Below are positions 1 to 12,567 of a stretch of 64,000 bases of DNA, in pieces. A program made the translations under genes and the position numbers. How positions within the stretch are numbered: position 1 is the first letter of the stretch; each line of letters begins with the position of its first letter. The notes beneath the pieces are model-generated. The model ran no database searches and was not told the DNA's origin. It saw nothing but the letters and a program-made list of their open reading frames with translations. Origin of the DNA: Geosiphon pyriformis uo1 (Eukaryota > Fungi > Glomeromycota); NCBI GenBank assembly GCA_016748015.1, contig JAAOMT010000608.1, forward strand, positions 62,001 through 126,000, written 5' to 3'.

Positions 1-1159
1 GTGCCGTTTTCACCGTTTAAAAGAGGACTTGCTATTGCAAAAGAATTGCGAGATTTTTCACACGGCAGATTGGCCGAGCATCGTGCAGAGCCAGATAAAT
101 TCACGGATACAATGAAATATTTAATGACGGCTCAGCCTCCATTAGCCAATGACGCTATCGTAATGGAATTAAATAATATGTTAATATCATTACAACAGGT
201 GGCAACAGCCTTTTCGGCTGCAGTTATATCAATACTTAAAAGCAAGAAAACAGGTAATTATCAATTTCTGTTTAAAAATTAATACACTTCTTTTAAGTTC
301 CTAACATGAAATTTTTTTCATGGAATATGTTGACGATACAGCTCTCTACAATAAGATCATGGTCGAGTTAGAGCAAAATCAAAACATAATAAATTCGAGA
401 CGAGATGATGCCTGGATGCACATCAATATTGAATCAAAATTTCCAAATTTAACCAATGCCATAAAAGAGGCTTTCCGATTATTTCCGGTTAACCCCCTTC
501 AAATCGGTATGTTTTCATAATCGTGGCTTGAAACTTTCTCAAGTTAACCTGACAAACAAACTATTTCACTTGTATTCAATAGGAACTTCTTCAAGAGATT
601 TTTGGGTTGATGGGTATCGGATACCTAAAGGCAAAATAGTTGTTGGAGGGCTTTGGGCAACAGGTAATTAATATGGGTTGTTGAAAAATTTTCTTTTCCT
701 AAAGGAAAACCTCTCTAATTTCCCTTTTCCTTCATTATCCCGATCAGGCTTTGATTATAACCTTTACAAAGATCCCGAGGGTTATCGACCAGATCGATAT
801 AAAATGCAAGATTTGACCACAGAAAAGGGTATCGACTGGAGTCCATTTGGTTGTGGGTATAGTGCCAGAACACATCGATGGTAAGCTTATTAATTTTGAG
901 AAACACAAATACAGACAATTTTTGAATAAAAAAACTAAATGACAATCTCTTCCTATTTTCTGGCATTAGTCCTGGACAATCAATAGTACTTAATGTCTGC
1001 ACATATTTGATCGCTCGTTTACTTTCCGATTTTGATCTGGAGTTAACAAGTCCCAAACAAGATTTTGATTATCATAAAATATTTCCCTCACCCCAGGATG
1101 GGTTACCATTGGATATAAAGATTCGACCTTTAGAAAAAGTTGGAATCTTGATCGGATGA
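1..1159 (+). CDS. Cytochrome P450, atypical (5'-truncated by window edge); exons <1-253, 342-506, 583-663, 748-880, 970-1159
   Basis: Spliced translation shows K-helix ExxR (KEAFRLFP), GYRIPKG strand, PERF-like YRPDRY and heme motif PFGCGYSARTHRCPG, with the Cys codon split TG|T by intron 881-969. All four introns are GT..AG and keep frame; TGA at 1157-1159. Confidence 0.93.
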
Positions 1160-2851
1160 ATAGGCAGACCAATCGTTTATCTTTGTAAAATAGTGATCAA
1201 ATTATCGTGTGGTACGGCCAGGTCTTTTTCTTTGTTTTCCCAATAAAAGAGAGTCATTTCTATGATATTGTATATTAATCTATATTTTAGTGTATTGCAA
1301 ATATTTTATTTGTATTTTATCCTTTATAATTATGTATCTTCAAAAAATATTATTAGTTATTTAATTTTGAAATGTGGAATAGGACTCTTTTTAACATGAA
1401 GTTTTAAAGGCCAATGTTTAAAACGAGATCATTTGTAATCTATGCTGGGTGATAATTTTAATTGAATATTTTTATTTACTTATTTTTCCATTAAGCCAAA
1501 ATTGAGATAAAGATATTAAATCCAATCCATAAAATTGGGAGAGCCCAAGAACAAAAATTTAGGAATAATTTGACAAGAAAAATTTATTTCTACAATGAGA
1601 TTTTTAAATCATTCTTATGGGGCTTACGAATTGGAACCATTGGACAGGTTGATGGCTGAAGCATGTGAGATATTATTAAAAAAAATTAAATTAGATTCGA
1701 AAATTAAATCTACATTCTGTAGTTTTCTCATTAATTTTATTGGCAGAAATATAAAACCATATTTGTAACACCCAAAATGAGTGAAAATCGATGACATGTA
1801 CAAAAATTTTATTATCAAAAACTTTTTTTTTTGTTTCTTAGAGATGGTATGCAAAATATAAAATTCCCAACCACTACATCACTTTAGTTATCTCTTTCTT
1901 TTAGTTTATCTCTTTCTTTTAATTCTTTCTTTCTTTTTTATTTATTTCTTTCTTTTAGTTATATATTTCTTTAAAATTAATTCTCAAATAATATTTTTTG
2001 TGTCTTTTTAAAGATCCTAGCTTTTGATAATTTATTCTAATTGTGAATATGAGAAATATATATAAGATATATTAAAGATTCCTAATAAATATTTTAAAAT
2101 TTTTTTTCATAAAAATTTGGTGCTTTACAGCCGAAATTTTTTTTTTTAATCTAACAACAAAAACAACAACAAAAAATAGAAAATGTTTCTTCAAATTTGA
2201 TTCCTTAAAAAAAAAAATTTTTTTATTCGAAGCAATAAATGAGTTTGTCATTATAAATTTTGATATATATTAGGAATTTGATATTCAAATATATTAGGCA
2301 AAGTTTAATCTTTGAGAAAAAAAAGTTTTCAATTTTAATGATTTTTAAGGATTTTATGCCGAAATTTTTTTATTTAGCACGTAATTTTTTTTTTGTTACT
2401 CTGACAAATGAACACATATAGCTTTAATTAATAATCATCAAAATTGGTTTTAATCTCCTATTAAAAAAATCAAAGTGATAAACAACCTTGCAAAGTCTTA
2501 TTTTTCTGTTTTAAAAAAAAAAAATTTTTGCTTAGCAAAAAAGTTAAAAACTACATAGCCAAGCAAACTTTTCAAATACAAGGGTAGCAGTAATTACAAA
2601 AGTTTTTAGACTAAATAACCTTGAAGAGAATGTCTATTATTTCACCAAGTATTGAGATAATATAGAATTCAAAGAGGAAAATTCAAGGAGCTATACCTTT
2701 TTGAACCACACTATAATGAAAAGTGATCAGCCCCAAATTTTTATAAATTACATTTTTAAGATATTCTGCTGAAGCTGCCTTGGGGTCATATAACTTGATA
2801 AAATTCCCTTCTCGTTTTATCAATAGGTCATATTTCTTGATATTTATATTT

Positions 2852-3319
2852 TCACGAAAAGAATAAGCGCCTTGCGCTGTCCATGAAGGATCGCTTCTTT
2901 TTTATAGGTTCTCTCGTTGTTCTGAACAGTGACATTGTTGAAGCTGGTGAAATCTCACTAATATATGGTAGACCCAAGGTAAAATTCGTTGGTGGTGATA
3001 AATTGCTGCCCGATGATAAATATGATGATGGAGAGCCATATTTGAGAGATCCTGATGGATGTATGGCAGGTGATGAAACGGGAGACGACATTGGTGATGA
3101 TTCAGGTGTGGAATACGGTGATTGATATGGCTTAAGGGAAGAACATCTGGGGAATTCGTAAAAAGATTCCATGAATAATGAACTTTTACAGTTTGAATTA
3201 TTTTCTAGATGTGGGTGGAACGATCCTAATGCGTCTTTTCGTCTACAGGCCTCGCTGCAGTATAAATTATTAAAGGCGAAAATATGTTTATCACAGACTG
3301 GACACCACGAGTTATCCAT
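2852..3319 (-). CDS. ecl1: Ecl1/2/3-family (extender of chronological lifespan) Zn-binding protein
   Basis: N-terminal WCPVCDKHI...LYCSEACRRKD matches the Ecl1 C4 motif (CxxCDK..YCSxxC..D), followed by a Ser/Pro-rich disordered tail; single exon, 155 aa. Confidence 0.85.
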   Translation of the reverse strand: MDNSWCPVCDKHIFAFNNLYCSEACRRKDALGSFHPHLENNSNCKSSLFMESFYEFPRCSSLKPYQSPYSTPESSPMSSPVSSPAIHPSGSLKYGSPSSYLSSGSNLSPPTNFTLGLPYISEISPASTMSLFRTTREPIKKKRSFMDSARRLFFS

Positions 3320-6300
3320 TGTTATTTTGATTGATGTATTTGTTGAAAGCTGAGGGTAGTGTATATTTTTGCAAAATTTGCGCGAACAAGAGTCTTTGAA
3401 GTTATTTTAATATTATTTGTATTCAGGTGTGTGTATATTTGTTTGATATCTTGATTTATATTTTATCGCTAGCGACACAGTCAAGAGAATAACGTAAAGA
3501 AGGAAAAGTTTGGCAAAGAAAAAGCAGCAATCAAGCAAGTAAGCACCAGGCGTTTTAATATAAGTACTCAAGAAATGATTTACAAGTGTTTTTTAATCAG
3601 CGATTCCTTTGACACATTAATTGACACCAGCATGACCGTAGAAAGCGATCAAATATTTAGAGCAAGTAACAAAGTCAACTTTGATTTTTTTTTACTCTCT
3701 CTGGCATAAAAAACGCGAAAATTTTGGGCCTCGGGCCCTTTTTGATTGTTTTGGAAAAAAGAAGAAAAGAAGAAAAAGTCGGACGGTCGCGGGTTAAGTT
3801 TACCTAATGTGGGGATGATTTACGCATATTAAAGTAGATTAATGACGAGTGATTAATGGCAATGGTTACCTCCTTCAAAAATGGTGCCGCCCCTAGTTGA
3901 TCAACTTTGTTTCAATGAGATTGTTGTTTCAAACACTATTTGATATCATGATGTTAATCGGAATGATACAATTTTTCAAATGAACGTTAATTAGATCATT
4001 GAATGCTTAGCTAAAAAGCTTTTCTATAGTTTAAAAAGTGTCCTAAAGGAGTGATTCGAGTTTTTTGAGGTTTTTGTTACTCTCCAAGTTACCTTTTGAA
4101 ATTCATTCTAGTACAGTGAATGACAGCCTCCTTAATCATGAGACGGAATTTTTTAAAATCACGAAATAACGGTGAGTTTTGAGACAAATGGGAAGAAATT
4201 CAAAGTGGAAAAATTTAGTGTGGATTTATTTCAAAATCATAAAAAATATGAAGAGTTAAAGATAGCGAACCCTGTAGCAAAAAAGATACCCACGTTGAAA
4301 TTTCTCAACATTGGACTCGCTCTGTTTTGATCAACCCTCACAATGTAGGTTAACAAATATTGGTATTTTGACAAACTTCTTCACTGAGAATCAGGATTCT
4401 TCCTCAAATGGTAAGACTTGAATCTTCATAATTTATCATTTCTAAAGTTTATTTGATCATAAATGACGCATATATATTTTCAGTTCAACCGTGAGAAAAG
4501 AATGGATCAGTTGATTAGAATTACCATTTTTAGTGAATCTTTCGAACTCTTTCGAATTCAAGTCTTTCACGTTTTAGGTTCGTAACCTCCCACATTGATT
4601 AAGATATTTGTAAAAAATTAATGATTCCCAAGTTTTTTTATTTTATTTTGGACTATAAGAATCGTACATTTCTCGATATTTTACTTTAAGTCATAATGCT
4701 CTATTCATGCATTATATCTGAACAAATGAAATCAAAAATGATAAATTCTTCGATTTTCAAGACTATATTTCAACCCTTTGGCCATTTTTGGATGAAAGAC
4801 AAAGGCTAAAAACCGAATTTTAGGGCGAAAATAAGCCAAATTTCAAGTCAACTGAAATTCATTCAGACAATTCCTCAAGATCCGTAGAAAATTTTCAAGT
4901 TTTAAGGAACATAAGATAAAGGTTTTTGCGAAGTGTTTATGATGTTTAATTGTGAAAACAATTTTCAAGATGACGAGTTAATTGAATATCTCAAAGTTTC
5001 TTTAATGTTTTTTGTTATATGGTTGCAATCTACTATTTTGTATATTGTGCTGCAGGTTTCGATTATGATAAGGATATAATAAAGATATAATTTGGGAGCT
5101 TCAAAAAAAATTCACGGTAAGGATTGTGAGATTCATTAGGTGGAAAAACTACTCTGCTACTCGGGCAAAAGCCAAAAGCGTAGAACTATGAGCAAAATTG
5201 ATTGTTCAATTGTTTTGGTTGGATCACACAGTTAAAAATAACTAATCTTATCTTATCTTAAACAGGGAAATTTATAATAGTTGACAAAAATCGATGAACT
5301 TTGTTTGCTTTTCTTTGTTAACTTTCCCATGCCGACTTTTTATAGAAAGCCAAAAATCTTAAATCGGGGAATTTCAAGAATAAAAATTTAAAATTTCGGT
5401 GACCACCACTGCCTCTTTACAGTTGATACAAATCTGCATAATCGGAGAATTTTTTTTCCGTTTTAAGCAAAGTATTTATCAGGAGAACATGGATCGTAGG
5501 CCGTGCGAAGTACATGTATTAATTTATGTTATAATGCAGTAGAATAAACTTCATTTCCCGAAATTTTTTAATTTCCCACTTTCTTACATCGACAACATCA
5601 GCATTCTTTGTTCTGGATGATTGTGTAAAGTTGTTATATATTGGTTGATTAGGAAATTTTAGGGGATTTATTATGGCAGAGAAAAATTTTTTGTCATAAC
5701 AATGAAGAAGGCCTAATCGAAGGCTATTGTTCCCTTGTGGCTTAATTGATTCCATATTTTCTCAATAAATTGTCATAAGTTGATTTCATATTTATTCATT
5801 TACGGAAAGTAAAAAGAAATCAGATTAATTTTGCAGAAAGCGGGGCTCAGAATAAAAAAGTTTTGATATATCGTACCCTTTTTGATGAAAACCCAAATTC
5901 TTTTGCGAAAAGCCTGAATTTCTGCATTTATCCAAAACGATATCGATTAAAGATTTAGAGTCACTCAATTAATTTTGCAATAGCTCAATGTGGTCATGAA
6001 AAGTTCAAAAAATATTTTTTTTAACTTTTTTGCTGAATTTTTTATTTTACTTTCTACGCTTAACCAAATTTAATCTAGATAGAACTTTATTTAATTATTA
6101 TTTTAGATGAAGATTAAGATAAAATATTTATTATATTTATCAATCGGGTTTCATCAATTGGTTTTTCATCAATCAAAATAAATTTTTAATATGAGCAAAA
6201 AATTGCATGTTATTTGAAATGTATAAAAAATGATTATAGTTTTTGGTAATTAACTCTCTTAAAAATAATTCTAAATTTTAAAGAATCATATTTTGAGAGA

Positions 6301-7145
6301 TATATATATATATATATATTCATTAAAATTTTTATATATATGGTGAATTGTATACGATTTTTATTGGTGAACTCGATGTTGCCAATTTATCAAAAAGCGT
6401 TTACCGAATGGTATCTTGGAAAACGCTAAAAGATAAAAGTGTTGATTGGAAACAGTTTAGATTAAAAACATATCAACTCAGCACAAATCTTTAAGAAGAG
6501 TTAAATTTCAATCATGTGATTTGGATGAAACTACTAGTTAAAGAAATATCCTCATTTAATAACTTGAATACACTAGTCTTTATTAATTCTTCTAAAACTT
6601 GATCATCAACCCAACTTTGGACGACACACATGAATACCATTATCAAAATTGAGAAATTATTTTCATTTTCAACATTATCATAAGCTTTGGATTGGAAATT
6701 TCGTACATCATTTAAAAGGTTGAAAAATATTTGCTCACTTTTGATTTTGCCTTAGAATTGTGAACCTTAAATTTTCAATTATTTATTCGATTCTCGTGTG
6801 TCCTAATATACAAAAGTTTTTAGTAATTCTTGATAAACTCGATGGGTGAGAGCAATATAGATCAGCTTTTAACCTTTTTGTTAACTGTAGAAATTCCCAA
6901 AGAATTGTCATTAAATTATATCCATGACAATAAGAAAAATTCAATATTCTGAACATTGGACTCAAATAGCTATTACTAATAAATTAATTAATTTTTTAAT
7001 CTAAAAGATAAAGTTTTTATTAATTAAAAACATATTTTTTTTTTTATTAAAATTGCATCTATTTAAAATATAAATTATAATCAAATAAATGAAACTTAAT
7101 TTTTTGAATAATAAAAAATTTCATGAATTAATAAAATTTTTTTGC

Positions 7146-7148
<3 letters not shown>

Positions 7149-7182
<34 letters not shown>
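7149..7182. repeat. (TA)n microsatellite
   Basis: Perfect TA run. Confidence 0.95.
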
Positions 7183-7183
<1 letters not shown>

Positions 7184-8270
7184 TTTTGTTGATTTGATTT
7201 CCTGAATTTTAAGAATTTTAATCTGAAATTTTAAAGGAGCATAAAGTATCGAATAAGTTCAAAATAGATCCTTTGAACATTTCGATTTCGAATTAATGCC
7301 ATATCCAAGAAACTTTTCTCTCTAATTTTATTTTTATCGAAAAAAATTTTATTCTCAAATGAACAGCAATGTGATCCAAAATATTTGGCCTTGAAATACA
7401 TAAATTTTTTTATAATTTTGTTTAAAAAATCTTAATTTTATCAAAAGAATTACAGAATTTGAGTATATCTTTATTTGTAAAATAAATGGAGCATTAAAAA
7501 TTTGTAATTATTAAACTTTGATACAAAGATAAAAGCTTGGAATTTTTACATATTTACAAATTTTTTATGTTGAAATATTATTTCTTCCGAGATATTGGTT
7601 TTATAATATCAATTTTTTCAAATAATATCAACTCTGTGCAATTCCCAAAATTATTTTTTTGTATTAATCTAAGAGAATAATCAAAAAACATTTGATTAAA
7701 ATCTAAAGTTTAAATTATATTTATTTATCGCAACAAATAAGATTGAGCTATTCTTAAAGTTGGAACCAATAATCTTTTAATCTGGTAAAATCTTTAAAAG
7801 TTCTCTCGATTAACAAAAATGTATTAAATACAAAAACTTTTTCAATCCGGTAGGTTTTAATCATAAATAAAATTTATTGTAAAAAAAAAAACTTAAATAT
7901 TGAACTTTATATTATCTGCGAATTAAGAGGGTTTTTGCTTAATAAGTTTAATTTAATTTCTAAAAACATATTTTTAATCAAGAAGAAATCTAAGTTAAAA
8001 ACTATTCATAGGGCTATGGAAATTTGCAAATCTAAGATTTATATTATATAAATCAAGGGTAATAAAATTTTTGCAATCGTATTATTCTGATTTTCGCTAT
8101 TACAGCATCTTGAATTTATGGTATTAGCATCTTACATTATTTTACTTTATATTAATTTATGATTAATTCCCCAAAATTTCTTTTTTTTTTAAAATTCAAA
8201 TCTCAATCGTCTATCTTAGCGAAAATAAAAAGTATACTTAAAAACCAAATTTTTTTGATCCAGGTTCAAA

Positions 8271-8491
8271 ATTTATTTATGCTCAGGCCCCAAAACCACG
8301 AGTGAGATAAAGTTGGAAAGCCAAGTAAGTTGTTATAGAATCAAAATTTTATTTTTAATCTGAACAATTGTTTAACAATTATTAACCATTTTTTATATAT
8401 TTAGGAATGCAATGGTAGAACCGAGGCTGCATCGAATGAAGAAGCTTTCGCATCACAATGTCCTCCTATGGTAACAATCAAGCATTCTTAA
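8271..8491 (+). pseudogene. Relic C-terminal fragment of a lipase_3-like paralogue
   Basis: IYLCSGPKTTSEIKLESQ | intron 8325-8404 (GTAAGT..TTAG) | ECNGRTE mirrors AYFCTSGDEAGESK|ECINK and FYNCSSGNEDYESK|DCINK of the two lipase genes, including intron position and phase; the upstream frame is broken by a stop. Confidence 0.45.
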
Positions 8492-9368
8492 ATGGCCATT
8501 TTTTTTACTATCAAAAATAAGGACACTAAAATTAAATTTAATTTCGATAATTAAATTTTTCTAGAAAATATTTATTTAGATATATTGTCTATTGCCTTTT
8601 TTTAATAAATTTAAGGCTTCGCTATTTTTAAATGAAAAGGTTCAAAAAATTGAAGTAATTAAAATTTTATTTTGGCCTTGCCTTCATTGAAAAATTATTT
8701 CAGCGTGGATTTAATTTGAGGCAAATTAAAATAAAATTATCAAATCCCAATAAAATTTATTTTTCAATTTAAAATTCTACTTTTAATTAAAAATAAACAC
8801 TCACATTTTTCTCATTTAAAACTTATGAACATAAAAATATTTCCGAATTAATACTGACCATAAAATTTTTTATTCATGCTGATCAAATTAATATATTTCG
8901 ATAGCAAGGGCAGAGGGTTTTCGTTTTACACGGTGAAAAAATATATTAAGCATGTTCAATATTACCTATTTTAATATTAAAATCCGTACTTGTGTAAAAA
9001 AGGTCTCAAGGATATTTTGATCAGTGGTTTAAAAATAAAGTTATTATTGCTTGGATTTAAGCTAATATTAGCAATTCTTAAATTTATTACCGAACTATTA
9101 TCATTTAAAAATACTTATATTAATTACAATATTTTATTATACATTAGGTTTCTTAAATATTTTATATCGATCATTTCAAATTTCTGAATTAGATTTCAAT
9201 AGGCTTAAACAATAAACAGTAAATAACAAGAGTTTATCAGAATTGGCAACGGGTGAACAATTTTGCCATTGTAAAAACCCTTCCCTGATAACTTTGTTAT
9301 ATACTGATAAAGTTTTATTCCTAAATAGACTAGATAGATATAGAAAAGATAATTGAAAAATATGGCTA

Positions 9369-9476
9369 TCCCCTCCCGCTCTTCACTCTTGTAAGAAATC
9401 TTAAATTACCCCCCTCCCACTCTTTATTCTTATAAGAAATTTTAAACTACCCGCTTCCCACTCTTCATTCTTGCAA
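9369..9476. repeat. About 3 degenerate copies of a ~40-bp tandem repeat (CCCCTCCCACTCTTCATTCTTGTAAGAAAT-like)
   Basis: Three visibly related adjacent units. Confidence 0.75.
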
Positions 9477-9574
9477 GGCATAAATAACAGACTAATAATT
9501 ATCAATTCCTCACCACCTAACCCTAAAATTTAATTCAGTTATTTGATGATCGATTGTTCATGAATTTCTATTCC

Positions 9575-10082
9575 GTATTCATTGGTTATTCGGATGTTGA
9601 AGTGCGAATTGCTGGTGAGTTTGGTTATTTGAATGTTGAATTGCGAATTACTGGTGGGTGATGGTTATATTTGAATGTTGAATTCGCGCATTTTTGGTGG
9701 CCGATGATTATTCGAATGTTGAGTTGCGAATTATTGGTGAGTGATGGTCATATTTGAATGTTAAATTCGCGCATAACTGGTGGGCGTGGTTATTCGAATG
9801 TTGAATTCGGCAATTATTGGTAGGTTGTGGTTTTATTTGAATGTTAAATTCGCGCATAACTGGTGGGCGTGGTTATTCGAATGTTGAATTTGGCAATTAT
9901 TGGTGGGTGGTGGTTATATTCGAAGGGTGAATTCGTGAATTATTGGTGGGTGGTGGTTATATTCGAAGGTTGAATCGCGAATTATTGGTGGGTGGTGGTT
10001 ATATTCGAAGGTTGAATCGCGAATTATTGGTGGGTGATTGTTATTTGAATGTTGAATTCGCGAATTATTGGTGAGCAGTAGT
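9575..10082. repeat. Minisatellite, ~41-43-bp unit (GGTGGTGGTTATATTCGAAGGTTGAATCGCGAATTATTGGTG-like), about 12 copies, more degenerate leftward
   Basis: Repeated units with internal palindromes ATTCGAAT and AATTCGCGAATT; unit length varies, so no continuous reading frame. Confidence 0.92.
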
Positions 10083-10212
10083 TATCCGTCAATTGTTGGT
10101 GTCAAGCTCAAAAGGGTCTTCTTTTCCCGCCGATTTTGCCAAGCCCGTTCCCTTGGCTGTGGTTTCACTAGATAGTAGATAGGAAGAGTTTAACCCATGA
10201 TGCACATCAATA

Positions 10213-10532
10213 ACCGTAAGTTGAAGCAGACATTCGGCAGAACGGGTGCACGCACAGAGGTATAACAATTCATGTCATTGACCGTAAGTTGAAGCAGACA
10301 TTCGGCAGAACGGGTGCACGCACAGAGGTATAACAATTCATGTCATTGACCGTAAGTGGAAGCAGACATTCGTAAGAACGGGTGCACACACAGAGGTATA
10401 ACAATTCATGTCATTGACCGTAAGTGGAAGCAGACATTCGGAAGAACGGGTGCACACACAGAGGTATAACAATTCATGTCATTGACCGTAAGTGGAAGCA
10501 GACATTTGGAAGAACGGGTGCACGCACAGAGG
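10213..10532. repeat. 68-bp tandem repeat, about 4.7 near-identical copies
   Basis: ATGTCATTGACC recurs at 10272, 10340, 10408 and 10476 (exact 68-bp period) with few substitutions. Confidence 0.97.
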
Positions 10533-10919
10533 TTAGAGAACACCACACTTGGCGATATAAAGGAGTTGGAAACCCCGTGCTTGGTTGAGTTTCTTCGGTT
10601 AAGGTTGGGGTTCTTTCCGGTAAAGGATGCCCCCCTCCCTCACCCAACACTTAGAGCTAGAAGAGATACGTCAACACCCTTACCTAGAGATTTTAACCTT
10701 GGAGACCTGCTGCGATTATCAGTACGACTGGAGACGAGAATGAATCTCTTAGATTTTTTTAGTGTTCTTTGGATTCGTGAGTCGTGAGTGGTGAGTCATT
10801 AGTCGTACTGGTTATAGCTGTTGTGTTCGTGAGTTAGTGGACGTCTGTAATTCGTCGCCGATAAAGATAAGAGTAATCCCATATAGGATAAAATTTTGCT
10901 TAAAGGCAGAGAACACCTC

Positions 10920-11204
10920 TTTATATATGTTACTGCCTCTAAGTTGTTGATTTTGAGATCAAAAATTACGCGTTTGTTTTTCACGCGAAAACGCGAAAAC
11001 AAGAATCCAAGAATACAAGGGTGGGTTTAACTAGACATTTTTAGTAAAATTGATTTGAAGATAACCTCCTGAGTTTGTCATTAAAAACAAAGCGTCACTT
11101 TTTGAAACCTTAGTACTTTCTGGAAAATTTTTATATTACTACGCGGATCCTCATGACTAATGTAATTTTAAGCAGATCCTCATGACTCATTTTTTTTTGA
11201 CTCA
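10920..11204 (-). promoter_or_regulatory. Promoter-like segment: TATA element, MCB/SCB(E2F)-like sites and AP-1/bZIP-like sites
   Basis: Minus-strand ATATATAAA at 10920-10928; ACGCGT at 10968-10973; ACGCGAAA twice at 10983-10998; TGACTAA at 11154 and TGACTCA at 11183 and 11198. CpG-rich motifs stand out in this AT-rich background; function is inferred. Confidence 0.4.
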
Positions 11205-12520
11205 GCTATCCTAAAATGGCTAAATAGAATCAGTATGGGAAATCAAATTCACATCCCCCTTAAAACCGTGGGACCCATATCTCTTATGCGAAAATTAATA
11301 CACTAGACTCAATAATGTAAATGGTCACAGCATAAAGAACATGGTGTTCATATTTCATAGCCGAAAGCGCCTCCAAACATTAAGGCAAATTACTCGAGTC
11401 CAATAGATGTTTCCCCATTCCTTTTTTTGATCTTTCATGGAAACAGACCTTTACTGCGTTATACGAATGCCCCCGTTTTTTAAAGCGTAAATTTCATATT
11501 CTTTTTTTAACACCCTTCATACTAAATTCTTTAATTAGCTTATCTATCAAACAACTGGACTATCAATTTCTTGAGTTAATTGCATCATTTAGTTATTCAT
11601 TTATTTACTTAATAAAATTGAAAGAAGCTCTTATTTGAATATAATTCCACAGAGAACGACGACCACGTTATTTTTGTTTATAATCGATGGCTCTAGCTAT
11701 CATATCTGTGTACTTTTTGTATAGAAAATCTATTTCTGAACATAAAATAGATTGTAATTTTATATTTCAATGTAAATCTGCAATGACTAAAACACATTAT
11801 AAGAAACAAATCAAATTATAAAACTTAAAATATCAAAAAGATTCTTTTTCCTGAAAAAAAGGTTTCACACAATTCTGACAAGGACTTGATGGAAAATATT
11901 TTACACAAGAAAATATCATTCCATATGATTCCAAAGTTGATACAGCTGGAATTACGATATTATTGTGGCCCTATTAAAAATCTTTGAAAGTTATGATTTT
12001 TGTCGTACTTCACACCACTATTTAATAATTCAGAACTTAAATGGTATTTAAACAAGCCCGGAATGATCTTTCTGAATACATTTATTATGAAAATTTGATC
12101 GAAAATATGTAATTGCTGCAAATAGGAGCACAATCAAATAGTATTTTTTGTATAAAATCAATAAATACCATGATTAAGTATGAACAAATAAAAAACGTGA
12201 TTTAAAATATATCTGCATATTTTCTATAAATACTTTTAAAAAATTAATTAAAAATTGTATATCAAAAGACCAAATTTTCAAATTATATTGATTTTGATTT
12301 ATTAGTTAATCAAAAAAATGAATCTTTGATTTAATTTAATTTAAATTTAGAACTAATAAATAAAAACATATATGAAGGATTAAAAACAATAAAATAAGTG
12401 AGATAATAAAAAAGGAAAAAAAGAGCTTTGAATTAAATATTTTAAATTATTCATTTAAAATCAATATAAAATAATAATTTTTTAAATATTATTAACTTGA
12501 GTATTTTAAGCTTTAAAACT

Positions 12521-12521
12521 A

Positions 12522-12566
<45 letters not shown>
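12521..12566. repeat. (ATT)n microsatellite
   Basis: Perfect trinucleotide run. Confidence 0.95.

Positions 12567-12567
<1 letters not shown>

Noticed and set aside
9575-10532. CRISPR-like array
   Set aside because: Units are head-to-tail with no unique spacers, there are no cas genes, and the context is eukaryotic.
10560-10620. RNase MRP-like motifs on the minus strand (GGAAAGAACCCC ... GCACGGGG)
   Set aside because: The two motifs are only about 40 nt apart, far too close for the RNase P/MRP architecture.
10476-10787. 103-aa + strand ORF
   Set aside because: Starts at an ATG inside the last 68-bp repeat unit, whose length is not a multiple of 3; no protein features.
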